In this document: positions 12,157-27,600 of the stretch, one piece after another
Layout of the letters: the number at the start of each line of letters is the position of its first letter
Position numbering within the stretch: position 1 is the first letter of the stretch
Assembly: GCA_023213395.1 (NCBI GenBank)
Contig: CM041465.1
Location: 135,229,741-135,293,740, forward strand
Direction of reading: 5' to 3'
From: Cycas panzhihuaensis
Lineage: Eukaryota > Plantae > Cycadophyta
Length of the DNA stretch: 64,000 nucleotides
Program-made: the position numbers and the translations under genes
Notes under the pieces: generated by a model
What the model was told of the DNA's origin: nothing
Seen by the model: the letters and a program-made list of their open reading frames with translations, nothing else
The model's database searches: none

Positions 12157-14220
12157 TAACCCACGGTTTTCTCAAAACTATGGGCCTCTAATCCATCCCT
12201 CTTCATCTATAAATCACCCCTCATTCCATTGGAATGGAGAGGAATTTTCATACAATGAAGTACTATCAGATTCTTGTTAGAAGTTTTTCCTTATCAAACC
12301 CTTTGATTTTTATTGATTGAGAGAGCTTTTGTTGAGTGAGGAAGCTATTCAAGTGGTGGGGGGATCTTGAAAACTTGGATCTTGAAGCTAATATGTCAGT
12401 GATCAAGTTATTTTAGAGATCATCCAACATGAGGTGTGCATTCACTACCTCTCATTATGACTCTAGCATACTTATCTCATGGTTTAAATCTCTTTTGTTT
12501 TATTTTTCACTTTGTTAGATCTCTTATGCTATTTGTTTTTGCCCCTAGAAATGCTTGACAAGGCCTTGAAGGGCCTATTTCAACTACTCTTAGTTCATAT
12601 GTAGTGGCAATCCACCATATCTTAGTCTACCTTCATATTTGGACTCACTTGGATAAAGTTTAGTTTATAGGTTTTCTTTGCTTTGTCCTTCTTTTTGCAC
12701 ATATATTTTGTTGTCCTTTATAACTGACATTGTAGGTGAAAGTGCATATCCAAATGCCTACTATTTATTACGAGTTGCAGGTGAGTGATAGGTTTTGGAG
12801 CATTCATTGTCTTTCTCACTGATCAAAACTCCCTATTGGGCAAGGGAGGCATTACCAAATTTTCCCAAGTTAGAGGAATATCTTGGTGATTTTAAGTTGC
12901 TTTCAATCTTGTTTTAAAGTGATTTGTCATTTCCATTATTTTTTTTTAAGTTATAGTATAATCTAATAAGTAGAATTTCTATCAAATTCTGCCTAAGTTT
13001 GCCTAACATCCTAATGGTTGCTCTTGGTTTTTTGTTTTCTAATGCCTTGGTAAACATAGATTAATAAAATAAAATATACATTTAAATCTAGGAAACATGC
13101 TAATAGGTAAGCTACTTCCTCTTTTTTCCCTTGTTTTATGGTGCCTTTAATCTCATTAAATAAAAAAAGGAAAAGGATTTCTTTTTATTTTATTTAAAAA
13201 GGGAAAAGTAGGAGAACTTTATCACCTCCCACTTTCCTATCTAATTTTATAAAAGGAAAAATAAAATGATTTGTTTGATTACATGGTTGCTTGCATTGAT
13301 GCTTACTCTCACCACTAGAGCTTAATTAAATTACTAAAAGAAAAGGAGACTAAGGAATGTCTTTACTTTAAGTCATGATGGGTTGACCTTCATGGAGTGG
13401 GGCATCTTATACTTATTATGAGTCCCCAAATCCATGGGGCCATAGGTCCATACACTTAGAATAGATTGATGTGTTGTGTGCATTTAAAACAACAAGCATA
13501 TAGTTACATTAGAGTCTACTCTTTGCTCTTGTAGTCTTACTTAGGGTAGGGTATTCACTTGCGTTGGAGGAGGTGCTAGTTGGGGCTCTAATTAGATTTC
13601 ATCACTAGTGGAGTAAGGTAACCTTGCAACTAAGGTCAGGTTGTGTTTTTAACATGTTTTAAATAATCTAATGATGAGTAATTATCCTAACCATGTTTAG
13701 TTGGGAGAATCAATTGAGCAATATATGTACCATTAAGACTACTTTTTTCTATCTTTGTTTACTTCTTGGGGATTGAGGCTTATTGAAATTGAATATAAGC
13801 ATCCCCAAATCTCCCATACTCAAAGGCGGGTTGTTATTGAGTAAGTGAATCCTTACCAACTTATCCATATATAGGTATATCCCATGGTCTAATTCCTTTT
13901 TTACCTCTTCTCTAGTTAACCCTTCTTTATTCATAGGTTAAGGCAATACATAATGATGCTCAAAGGGTGGGTTAAGCATAAGTCAATCACTTTTAGGGGT
14001 GATAGTTCTTAGGATAGGTTCATAGGGACTTATCATCATTTGGGGTGCTTTTGCCTTGGTAATCCTCTTGGTTCTTAGGATTATTCTTAAGTGTTATTTA
14101 CTCCTTTTGAGGAGGCTTAGTTTAGTCAGTTTTTACTTCTTTCTCTTATATTTTGAGTGTTTTTCTATTTGATTGTTTATTTTATTTCACATAATTGATT
14201 AGATATTTATCTTAGCTAAG

Positions 14221-14291
<71 letters not shown>

Positions 14292-15235
14292 CCACCCCTT
14301 TTCCTTTATTATCCACATATATCCTCTTCACATATTCTAGGTTACCTATTGTCCCCATACTTGCATTCATACAAATGCATGAGTGTTTGTGAGAGGAAGT
14401 CACTTAACTGCCCTCTCTAATTTGGATCTCCTATAATAAGTCTAATGTTGGGTTACATAAGCAACATTGGTTGCTCATAGGTTGTATCTCTAGAGAATAT
14501 ATTAGGGGACTCGCTAGTTAAAGTCAGTGATCCTTTATTAATTTTTCTTCTTTCCACACCATTATAGGTCTTTACCTTAAGGCAACTTGCCCGATAAGAC
14601 ACTACAAGATTCATGAGTACTCCTTACCTATTTGTATTGAGTTAGGGTGATAAGTGCATACCTTGATCTAGACCTTTCTTAACCCTTTCCACCCTTTGGA
14701 GTTACCTTTTATATAACCTAATTTTCTTAGAGGTTATAAGGTCTTCCTCCCCTTGACTCATTCTTGTTTACCTTACCTAGCACTCAATCCATTAACTCAG
14801 TATTATAGTAGAGCAACCACATTATTATTGGGTCACAAAGCCCATTCTTACTTGGGTATCATATTATCCTCCTACAAGTGACCCATATGGCCCTCAAATA
14901 GCCTTACTTAATGGTATGGAAATATTACATATACCCTATGACTTTGATCCTAATTATCAAAACCCCATTAGTGTTCCATCTCATATTATTAAGGCTACTC
15001 AGTCCTAGGTAATCCCACTTATCCTTGAGTCCCCAACTTATAGTCACCTATATGGCTAATGCGAAGTGACTACGATAGATGCATGTCTTATCCTTACTAA
15101 GTCCTTCAAAATTATTACCACATTAAAGGCATACTTCTAATATGTTTTAGTGGCTCTTACTCATACTCTTGCTTGGGTTACCCATTTCTTTTAAAATATT
15201 ATGAACCTGAGCTCATCCATACTATAACCCTAACT
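12157..15235 (+). repeat. Left arm of ~3.1-kb inverted repeat (LTR/5'UTR of a Tat-like element)
   Basis: Reverse complement of 16615-19685. The same 61-aa ORF appears at 13749-13934 (-) and 17892-18116 (+). (CT)n at 14224-14289 mirrors the G-run plus (GA)n at ~17563-17600. Confidence 0.95.
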
Positions 15236-16614
15236 TCCACATGGACCTCTAGACAAAGGTTGCCAATGAAGATATCCCTCTTCAACTCTTCAAGTAGTGT
15301 GGTCTTAGAAGAGTAAAGCAAATCATAAAAATACCTAGCAAAATATCTGTTAAGCTCCCTGAGCCTTATTTCAGAGAGAGGAGAGCTTTGACTCCACTCT
15401 TAATGGGTCTTAATACATCAAAATAGTTAACAAATATATCAACTAATCATTTGAAGATGTGTCTAAAATGAGGGGGCTAATGATAAAACCACTTAAGAGT
15501 ATCCCCATGGAGTGGTCATAGGAACATCTTCATAATAATATGGTTGTAAGTTCAAAAGCCGATACATGCTAGAGTAAAAGCCTTAGTATGATCAAGCAAG
15601 TCTTGGTTGGAGGTTCCTTTAAACCATGGGACCTCAAGAAGGTGTGGTAAAAGGTTTTTCCTGAGTGTCTTAGGGGACAATGAACTAGTTTGATAATCTA
15701 GAAACAAGCACATCCTAAGCTAGAGAAGTAGGTCTATGGCCTCAATTTGGGGCTAAGCACCACCATAATGGGGGGTCCATTATTAATAGATCTAGTAAGA
15801 TAGAACAAAAATAGTAGAGCCAATTAAAGGATATACCCAAATAGGTTTAGTATTACCACATGGGTTATAGGTCCTTCATAGCTAGGAACTCCATAAGGAT
15901 ATGCTTGAATAGAGGTTGTTGGATTAATTAAGTGGCTTGGACTGCTTGAGAATGAATTTACAATAGGTTGCAGCTAGTTTAGGTAGGAACTGAGACTTCA
16001 CCTTACACAAGAATATCCTAGGGTGGGTTAAGGTTAGGCTTATTGAGGTGGAATAGATTAGTTTTGTCAAACTAGTAAAACCAGTAAAATAAGGAAGGTA
16101 GTTGATGGTTTAATTTTGATAAGTTGAATGGAAAATTAGCCCAGTTATATGCCAATTGGCATTCTTGCGTAAGAAGGAATATTTTAAGGTGGAGGATGAG
16201 GAAGTAGATTTTACTTATATAGGCCTCATGATAGAGGGACCAACTTATATAGGTAGAGAAGATTTATATTATAAATAGTATATGGTTGGGCTTAGGTGTA
16301 TCCCCATTATCGAGGCATATAACTAAATTGGATGTAAGGAGTAAAAGAGGTTGAGCTATAACCTAGGTAGGCTATGGGACAAACCCAAGAACACCCTAGG
16401 CTATAGAGGGTTAGGCCCTAAAATGGAGTATTAGTGGTATGGTAGGATTTTCCCAAGCCCTAATAGGATAGGAGATAGAAGAATAGAGTCCCATTGTTGA
16501 TTGGATTGGAGGGGCAAATAGAAGAGTGGAATGAATCTTGGTATAATAGAGTTAGGAGTGGACATGATCACTATAAAAAATGGAGGATATAGGGTACTAT
16601 ATGAAGTTTCCCCT
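15236..16614 (-). mobile_element. Inverted retrotransposon gag segment (spacer of the inverted repeat)
   Basis: The minus strand encodes FKGTSNQDLLDHTKAFTLAC...KMFL..LHGDTLKWFY and LLSLK*GS...DIFIGNL, a degenerate gag capsid pattern. Confidence 0.75.
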
Positions 16615-19600
16615 AGTTAGGGTTATAGTATGGATGAGCTCAAGCTATCAATATTTTAAAAGAAACGGTTAACCCAAGCAAGAGTATGAGTAAGAGCCAC
16701 TAAAACATATTAGAAGCATGCCTTCAATGTGACAATAATTTTCAAGGACTTCTTTGGTGTGGGGATAAGATAAGCATATATTATAGTCACTTGGGATTGG
16801 CCATGTAGGTGAATATAAGTTGGGGACTTAAGGATAGGTGGGATTACTTAGGACTGAGTAGCCCTAATAACATGAGGTGGAGCACTAATGGGGTTTTGAT
16901 AATTAGGATCAAAGTCAGAGGGTATATGTAATCTTTCAATACCATTAAGAAAGGCTATTTGAGGGTCATATGGGTCACTTGTGGGAGGCTAATATGATAC
17001 CCAAGTAAGAATGGGCTCTATGACCTAATAAGAATACAGTTGCTCTACCATAATGTTGAGTTAATGGACTAAGTGTTAGGTAAGGTAAATTAGAATGGGT
17101 CAAGAGGAGGAAGACCTTATAACATTTAAGAAAATTAGATTATATAAAAGGGAACTCTAAAGGGTGGAAAGGGTTAAGAAATGTATAGATCAAGGTGTGC
17201 AATAATCACCCTAACTCAATACAAATAGGTGAGGAGTACTCATGAATCTTGTAATGTCTTATTAGGTGGGTTGCCTTAAGGTAAAGACCTATAGTGGAGT
17301 AGAAAGAAGAAAAGTTAATGAGGGATCACTAACTTTAACTAGTGAGTTCTTTAATATATTCTCTAGAGATACAACCTATGAGCAGCCAATGTTGCTTATG
17401 TAACCCAACATTAGACTTAAAATAGGAGATCCAAGTTAGAGAGGGGAGTCAAGTGACTTCCTCTCACAAACACTCATATGTTTGTATGGATGCAAGTGTG
17501 GGGACAATAGATAACCTAGAATAGGTGAAGAGGATATATGTGGATAATAAAGGAAAAGGAGTGGGGGGGGGGGGGGGAGAGAGAGAGAGAGAGCGAGAGA
17601 GGGAGGCTAAGATAAGCTAAATATCTAATCAATTATGTAAAATAAAATAAACAAGCAAATAGGAAAACACTCAAAATATATGAGAAAGAAGTAAAAGCTA
17701 ACTCAACTAAGCCTCCTTAAAAGGAGTAAATAACACTTAAGAATGATCCTAGGAACCAAGAGGATCACCAAGGCAAAAGCACCCTAAATGATGATAAGTC
17801 CCTATGAACCTATCCTAAGAACTATCACCCTAAAGGTGATTGACTTCTACCTAACCCACCCTTTGAGCATCATTATGTATTGGCTTAATCTATGAATAAA
17901 GAAGGGTTGACTAGAGAAGAGGTAAAAAAGGAATTGGACCATGGGATATACCTATATATGGATAAGTTGGTGGGGATTCACTTGTTCAATAACAACCCGC
18001 CCTTATGTATAGGAGATTTAGGGATGCTTATATTTAATTTCAGTAAGCCTCAATCTCTAAGAGGTAAAGGAAGATTAAAAAAATTACTCTTAACAATATG
18101 TATGTTGCTCAATTGATTCTCCTAACTACACATGGTTAGGATAATTAGTCATCATTAGATCATTTAAAACATGTCAAAAACACTACCTGACCTTAGTTAC
18201 AAGGTTGCCCTACTCCACTAGTAATGAAATCTAATTAGAGCCCCAATTAGTACCTCCTTTAGTACAAGTGAATACCCTACCCTAAATAAGACTACACGAG
18301 CAAAGAGTAGACTCTAATGTAATTATATGCTTATTTTTTTCAATGCACACAACACATCAATCTATTCTAAGTGTATGGACCTATGGCCCCATGGATTTGG
18401 GGACTTATAATAAGTATAAGATGCCCCACTCCATGAAGGTCAACCTATCATACATGACTTAAAGTAAAGACATTCCTTAATCTCCTTTTCTTTTAGCAAT
18501 TCAGTTAAGCTCTAAAGTGTGAGAGAGATAGTGAGAGCAAGCATCAATGCAAGTAACCATATAATGAAACAAATCATTTCATTTCTCTTTTTATAAAATT
18601 AGATAGGAAAGAGGGAGGTGAGAAAGTTCTTCTACTTTTCCTTTTTAAATAAAATAAGAAGAAATCCTTTTCCTTTTTTTATTTGATGAGATTAAAGGCA
18701 CCATAAAACAAGGGAAAAAGGAGGAAGTAGCTTACTTATTAGCATGTTTCCTAGCTTTAAATGTATATTTTATTTTATTAATCTATGTTTAACAAGGCAT
18801 TAAAAAACAAAAAAACTAAGAGCAACCATTAGGATGTTAGGCAAGCTTAGGTAGAATTTAATAGCAATTTTACTTATTGGATTATACTATAACTTGAAAA
18901 AAAAATAATGGGAATGACAAATCACTTTAAAACAAGATTGTAAGCAACTTAAATAAGATATTCCTCTAACTTGGAAAAATTTTGGTAATGTCTCCCCTAC
19001 CTAATAGGGAGTTTTGATCAATGAGAAAGATAATGAATGCTCCAAAATCTATCACTCACCTACAACTTATAATAAAAGGTAGGCATTTGGATATGCACTT
19101 TCACCTACAATGTCAGTTATAAAGGACAACAAAATATATGTGCAAAAAGAAGGACAAAGAAAAGAAAACCTATAAACTAAACTTATATCCAAGTGAGTCT
19201 AAATATGAAGGTAGACTAAGATATAGTGGATTGCCACTACATATGAGCTAAGATTAGTTGAAATAGGCCCTTCAAGTCCTTGGCAAGCACTTCTAAGGGC
19301 AAAAAACAAATAGCATAAGAGATTTAACAAAGTGAAAAATGAAACAAAAGAGATTTAAACCATGAGACAAGTGTGTAAGAGTCATAATGAGAGGTAGTGA
19401 ATGCGTACCTTATGTTGGATGATCTCTAAAATAACTTGATCTCTAATATATTATCTTCAAGCTCCAAGTTTTCAAGCTTCCCCCACCACTTGAATAGCTT
19501 CCTCACTCAACAAAAGCTCTCTTAATTAATAAAAATTGAAGTGTTTGATAAGGGAAAACTTCTAACAATAATATGATAGTACTTCATTGCATGAAAATTC

Positions 19601-19685
19601 CTCTCCATTCCAATGGAATGAGGGGTGATTTATAGATGAAGAGGGATGGATTAGAGGCCCATAGTTTTGAGAAAACCATGGGTTA
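16615..19685 (-). repeat. Right arm of ~3.1-kb inverted repeat
   Basis: Begins AGTTAGGGTTATAGTATGGATGAGCTCA and ends GAGAAAACCATGGGTTA. Matches the left arm. Confidence 0.95.
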
Positions 19686-19689
19686 GAGG

Positions 19690-22600
19690 CCCTTCTAAAT
19701 AGTCTTTGGACTTTTAATAGGAGCATAAACCATATTCACCCAAGTCTCAAGCTTAAAAGTAGTAAGAGATAAAGTAAGCTTTCCAATGCTACAATGTAAA
19801 GGGGAAGCAAATAATTTAAATGCTTGGAACTTCCTATATATTTTCTATAACCTATGCATAAGTTACCAAAGAAGCTAAGGATACTTCTTTATTAAATCCT
19901 TAACCCATTAAGGTCCTAAGGATTCCAAAGACTATTCCTATTCAACTAAGTTGATATGATATAAAGAGGGCACTCCCCTAGCCAATTAGTAAAGGGAAGC
20001 CCTTTTCTACCATAAAAAAACTTTAGTCTATCTTTATATATGTGTGCATGATGGATGTCTTTAAAAGATGCCTTAGCTAGAGGCAATTGCTTATAGAAGC
20101 TTTGGAGCCTTGATAGGTTAATTCTATTCATCTACAACCACTAATTACGCCTCTTATTATTTTTGACCCTAAATATCTTTCGCCTAAAGGATGATAGAGT
20201 TAATAAGTTATTCTCTCCTTTTTTCACTATAATAGAACCCTCGTAATTGCATCTTGGAAAGGACAATAGTCAATTTAAGGTTCTTTGTCAATGCATGCTT
20301 ACAAAAATACTCTAAGATCTAGGATTTAATGCTCTCAACCTAGTCTTTTTGGAAATTTCAGGGGTATGATGGCATCTTAAAATATCTTATAAGGAGTGTT
20401 ACCATTTCGTTAACATTAAGAGGTAAGATTGTCCTTATTAAGATTGTTATCCTCGATGTTAAGGTGGATTATAACATACTTTAGGGGAGGTTATGGCTAC
20501 ACCAGATAAAGGTTATATATTATACCCTTTGGATTAATGAAAGTTCATCCATGAGGGATATGTTTATATGGTAAAATGTTAGGATTATGATCACCATGAT
20601 CCCCAACTTAATATGTAGGCCATTGTCAAGGAGGAAGAGAGACTTCCTTTTGTTTTAGGATGAAGGGCCAAGGTTTGACCAAGACTTGACCATCCTAGAG
20701 TCAGGCATGATCTATTTTATACCCATAGGAATTAGCCATTATAGCTACGTGGGTATATTAAATAACCTAAAATTTAAAGATAATGAACTATAAGCATAGA
20801 GGTTCCACATGGTTAGGAGAGCCTAGAAGTATTCTGACTCTATCATTATGGAACTTCTATCACCATAAGCTCATCCTATTTATGACTTAGATGTTGACTC
20901 TTCATTCTCATATGATGAGTTAGTTATTTATGATCCATTGCCAAATTCACCCCAAGAGCCCTTTGTATTACCTTTGCCCCAGACCTATTTCTTTATGGAA
21001 TTTCCCTTTATGGGTGTCTGGTGCAAGTGTTATTATGATTTGTTAGAGACTTTTGATTAGTTATCTAGCAATAATTATGATCCCTTTACTTGGACTTAAA
21101 CTCATGTTAAGGACATAGAGGGTCTGGACTACTTCAACAATGATGAAGACCTCCTTAAACACCTGGTTGGAGCCACATCGAACCTCTCCCTAAACTACCA
21201 CAAGTTGGGGTTTCATAAATACCTTATCATAAGTTCTTCCTTAGACAATCCTCACTCGAGGGGAGCCAACTAAAGCTTATCTATTGTGCAAGCTCCTTAT
21301 CAATTTAAAAAGGTAAATATTTTGTTTCTAAGTAAGACCATTGGCCTTCTTGTCACTGAAGGGAAAGTCATCAAAGTAGGGGTGAAATACACCCTCCAAG
21401 AGGTTTCCCAATATACAAAACTCTTCTAAGAGTTCCAAGATATTTTTGCTTAGGATTATATAAATGTGAAGGGCATCAATCCTAATATCATCACTCACAA
21501 CATCATGACGCTCACAAGTACTAAACTAATTAGGTAGAAGTAATATCTTATCCACCAAAAACTTTCAATTGTTGTGAAAATAGAAGTTGAAAAGTTATTC
21601 AATGCTGGCCTAAATGAGTTTATTAACTATCCAAGTTGGGTGTCTAATATAGACCTAGTTGCTAAGAAGAATGATATGGTACATACATGCATCAATAATG
21701 TCTTCTCTAAAGACAATTTCTCCCTACTATACATTGATTATATCATTAACAAAATGACAAGGTTCTAAGTTATATCTCTAATGGATGGTTTATCTAGCTA
21801 TAATTAGATCTAAGTCTCACTTAAGAACTATTATGAGACTGCATCCACCATGCCATGGACACTTTTACCTATAAGGCAATGCTCTTTGGCCTTAAAAACA
21901 CTAGTGTGACATACCAATGTGTTGTGAATTTCATCTTTTATAACCTCATTAATAAGATTATCAAGGTCTATATGGATGGCTTATTGGGAGTTTGTTGTAA
22001 GAGAGCTGACCACCTAGAAGATCTTAGGAAGATTTTCCTAAGGCATTATAAATATCATATCATCTTGAACCCACTTAAATGCATCTTTATTGTCATTACC
22101 AGTAAACTATTATGATTCATTCTCTTGAAAGAAGGAATCAAAGTTGACCCCGAGAAGGTAAATGCCATCTTAGAGATACCTCCTCCTAGGACCTAGATTA
22201 AATCAAATCTTTTCTTAGGAAACCTATATTCCTCCATCACTTCTTAGTATACTTTACCTTGAATATGATGTTACTTATTAACCTCCTAAAAATTAGGGTC
22301 TCATTTACCTAGACATAAGTTGTTTAGGTCTCCTTCAATGAGCTTAAACATATGTTTGTTTCAAGTCTAACCTTAGTACCACTACACTTTTATAAGCCAT
22401 TCATTCTCTACACATCATTTATGATGAATCTCTTAGAGCCATGCTGGCCCAAGAGGATGATTTGGTAGTTAAACATATAATTTACTTTATCAATCACATA
22501 GTTGTGTCAATAGAACTTAATTACACTTTAACATGAAATCAGTATTTGGCTCTTACTTTTGCTAGCTAAAAGCTTCATCACTACTAACTTGGAAACACAA

Positions 22601-23850
22601 TATATATAAGTATTTAATTAGATCCCTTATACTTCTTATTAACTAAGTCTAATCTCATGAGGTGAGTGGTTAAGTGATCAATCTTGTTATAAGAATATAA
22701 CCTCTAGATTATCAACCGTAAGTCCAAAAAAGGGATGGTGGTGGTTAAACAACTTCCTCATGCACCCCTTCCAAATACCACCACTACATTGATTGATGAT
22801 TCATTCCTAAATGAGTTAATCTTTACATAAATATAATCAAGGATGAATGGTATAGGGTTATTATTTGGTACTTGACTTAGCAAGTTTACCCAAATGATAT
22901 TGCTCATGAGCAAAAATATCACATTATGGCTATAACATGCTAGAACTTTTTAATCGATAACATGTTGTACAGAAGGTCATTTAAAGGAGTCCTCCTTTGA
23001 TGCCTCAATCTTAATGAAATCTAAGATATCCTCTATATATGTCATAAAGGAATATATAGGGGGCCCTTTAGAGGATAGTTTGTGGCTCAACGAATACTTA
23101 GAATGGGTTACTTCTGGCCTATGCTCTTTAAAGATGCCCATGTTTATGTCTAGAAATGTAAAAAATATTGGATGCATAATGTATGAGTAAAATGCACTTT
23201 GATACTAATTAATATAAATAAAAGTCCATAATAATAGATCATATTTGTCCAAGGCTCATATAAGATTATGAGACTATAGCATATAGGTGGAAATAAGGAA
23301 TAAACATAAATATGTATAAATACAGTATAACATACTTATGAGAAATGACCACCTGAAAATTGTATTATTAAACCTATATATATTTATAGTACATTACACC
23401 ACTTGGTTATCCAATCACATTCTAGGAGCCACTTGGTCAATCAATGACCTATAATATGAAGAAGTGTGCACACTATGACCCCCTAATGCATATCAAAGGA
23501 GTTAATCATAATAATTTAATATTCATGGGTTAAACATTACCCAACAGTTCATATGTCCTCAAAAGCCTTATATGTAATCATGTCACCTTATCTCTTCTCC
23601 TAATAGAGGTTAGATTTAATGGGGGTAATTATGCCTCTATTTTTATCACAATACAAGTTTATCTTTATTGTGATAGAGTACTTTACTAAATAAGCATAGA
23701 TAATTCCTTTGTCCTCTTCTATAAGGAAGGTAGTCATAACCTTCATATTTCAACATATCATTTATAAATTTAAAGTCTCAAATGTCCTTATCAACGATAA
23801 CAGGACTATATTCTATAATAAAGAGATAAATGGACTTTGTGATACTTTGA
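19690..23850 (+). mobile_element. Degenerate Tat-like Gypsy gag end, protease, RT, RNase H and integrase
   Basis: FQDIFA*DYINVKGINPNIITHNI, YPSWVSNIDLVAKK, MLFGLKNTSVTYQ, KVYMDGLL, LNPLKCIF, KGMVVVKQLPHAPL and GYFWP. Confidence 0.85.
23180..23546 (-). mobile_element. Solo LTR-like insertion splitting the integrase Zn-finger
   Basis: TG...CA termini and a degenerate reverse PBS (ACTTTGATACTA, 23196-23207). Integrase sequence resumes after 23546. No clean TSD. Confidence 0.5.
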
Positions 23851-24859
23851 AGATATAAGTGAGTAGTATAATAGGCATGGGGAAAGCCATCACAAGAGAA
23901 CTTAACAACTTGATACTTTTAAGCATTTATTAGTACAAGAATGAACAATATGTTTAGGCTTGAATGCACTGACTCATATTTTAGGTTTTTTAGACCCTTG
24001 AAGGCTCTTTCCTGATTAACAATACTTTTTAAAGAGTGGGCAAGCAACAAAGTGGGCATGGGGCCTACCCACCAAAAGAGGACTTAGTAACTCAACACTT
24101 TTAAGCATTTGTTAGTACTAGAATGAATAATATACTTAGGTATAAAAAAGATAGTGAAAGGTTTATGTATAATTTTTACACCCTTTTAGTATATTTATAC
24201 ACTTTTAGTTATTTTGTTTATATATATTTGAATATGAAAAGAGGTCACGATGACATGTTAACTTAGAGGGGACTAAGTTAATTGATAAATAACACCATAA
24301 TTTAATAAAGTGAGACCATACAAAAGCTTGAAAATAGGTCCACGAAGGTCAAGTCACTAAGAGAACTTAGACAATTCACACAAGTTATCTATGAGTACTG
24401 TTGGAAATAAATGGAGCTAAACTAAGCTTTTATACCAAATGTTGGAAAAAGAATTGTAGGGAGAACATGGCAGAACATATACAAAAATCACATAGATCAA
24501 TATTGCATCATAGCATTATAGCTTCAACATGAAAGTACTTTGTATTCAATTCATATTGTAGTGAAGAGAGTTACAAATTTCTCAATAAGGGCGGTGTTTA
24601 AAGACACCAGGGTTGTACACCTCTCAATATTTATAATTTTGGAAGAAGAGGGAAATTTCTCAACCCCTGAAATTTAAATTACAGTAAAATAATACTAACT
24701 TAACTTAAATTAACATTAACTTACCTACACATGTTGAGTACCCATATGTGTAAATTGAAGATGATGAGGTGTGCTTCCCTAGTTGGAAGGTAAGAGTGGA
24801 GTGATGACTATTAACTCTAATATTCTCCCCCTTAATGGTTATCACGAATAGTTGTATCT

Positions 24860-25520
24860 TCTCTTTGAACTTATGAAATTTGTATTTGAAAAAAACTTTA
24901 AAATTCTGATCTTTATTAACTTGATCTTTATCAACTCTTTTCATCTTTATAGCCACATATATCTCTTTACCATGGAATGATGTAAAAAAACTGTAAGTAA
25001 CAGATACTTGATTTATACAAAAAAGAATAGCTGTAACTTTGACTTTAACTTCTGGAAATTTAACTTTGACTATCATATCATTAGGTCTCTTTTCTGTCAT
25101 ATTATAAGATTCATTCTCCTCCTCAAATAGAGAATCAGGTATTTGTGTAGCAAGTTGGTCCTACATTTAATTTGAATCTTCATAGGTATTGTCATTATAA
25201 TTCACATGTTCTGTCACTTGTCTCATATGCTTATCAAAAATAACATCAAATACATTAAGGGTATCTTCCCCATAAGTAGAAATCAAAATATCCCATACAG
25301 ATTTAGAAGTAGTTAATTCAGAAACTCTAGAAAAAATATCATCATTTATAATGCAAAATAATAAATCAAAAACTTTATTATCCTTTCTAAATTTTTCTTT
25401 AATATTAAGACCACATTCATGTTATAAATACTTCAAAAGATCATGTTCAATAAAATAGTCTTGTATAGTCCTATATCATTGTGAAAAATTATGCCTATTG
25501 AATATAAGAAATTGTGCCAT
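24860..25520 (-). pseudogene. Copia gag N-terminal remnant
   Basis: MAQFLIFNRHNFSQ*...KDNKVFDLLFCIINDDIFSRVSELTTSKSVWDILISTYG, a typical Copia gag (UBN2-like) pattern. Confidence 0.7.
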
Positions 25521-25791
25521 TTGATCAAGAAAAACTTTAGTACATAAAATGTATGCTTTTAACAAATCAAAAAGTCAATAAATGATAAACTTATGTGATG
25601 TCAAATACACTCTTTTTAATGTAATGTAATGCCTTTTAGAAAGTGAATGCAAATAAGAAAATGACCTTTTAAACAATGATGAAATAAAAAATACCTTTCA
25701 ATAAGTGTATGCCATTTGAAAATGAATGAACTAAATGCAACCTTTATAGGTGCAATAAAGAAATAAATTTTTCAATAATGATAAATGCTTT

Positions 25792-27600
<1,809 letters not shown>

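Noticed and set aside
14212-14403. RE-repeat ORF
   Set aside because: Translation of the (CT)n microsatellite.
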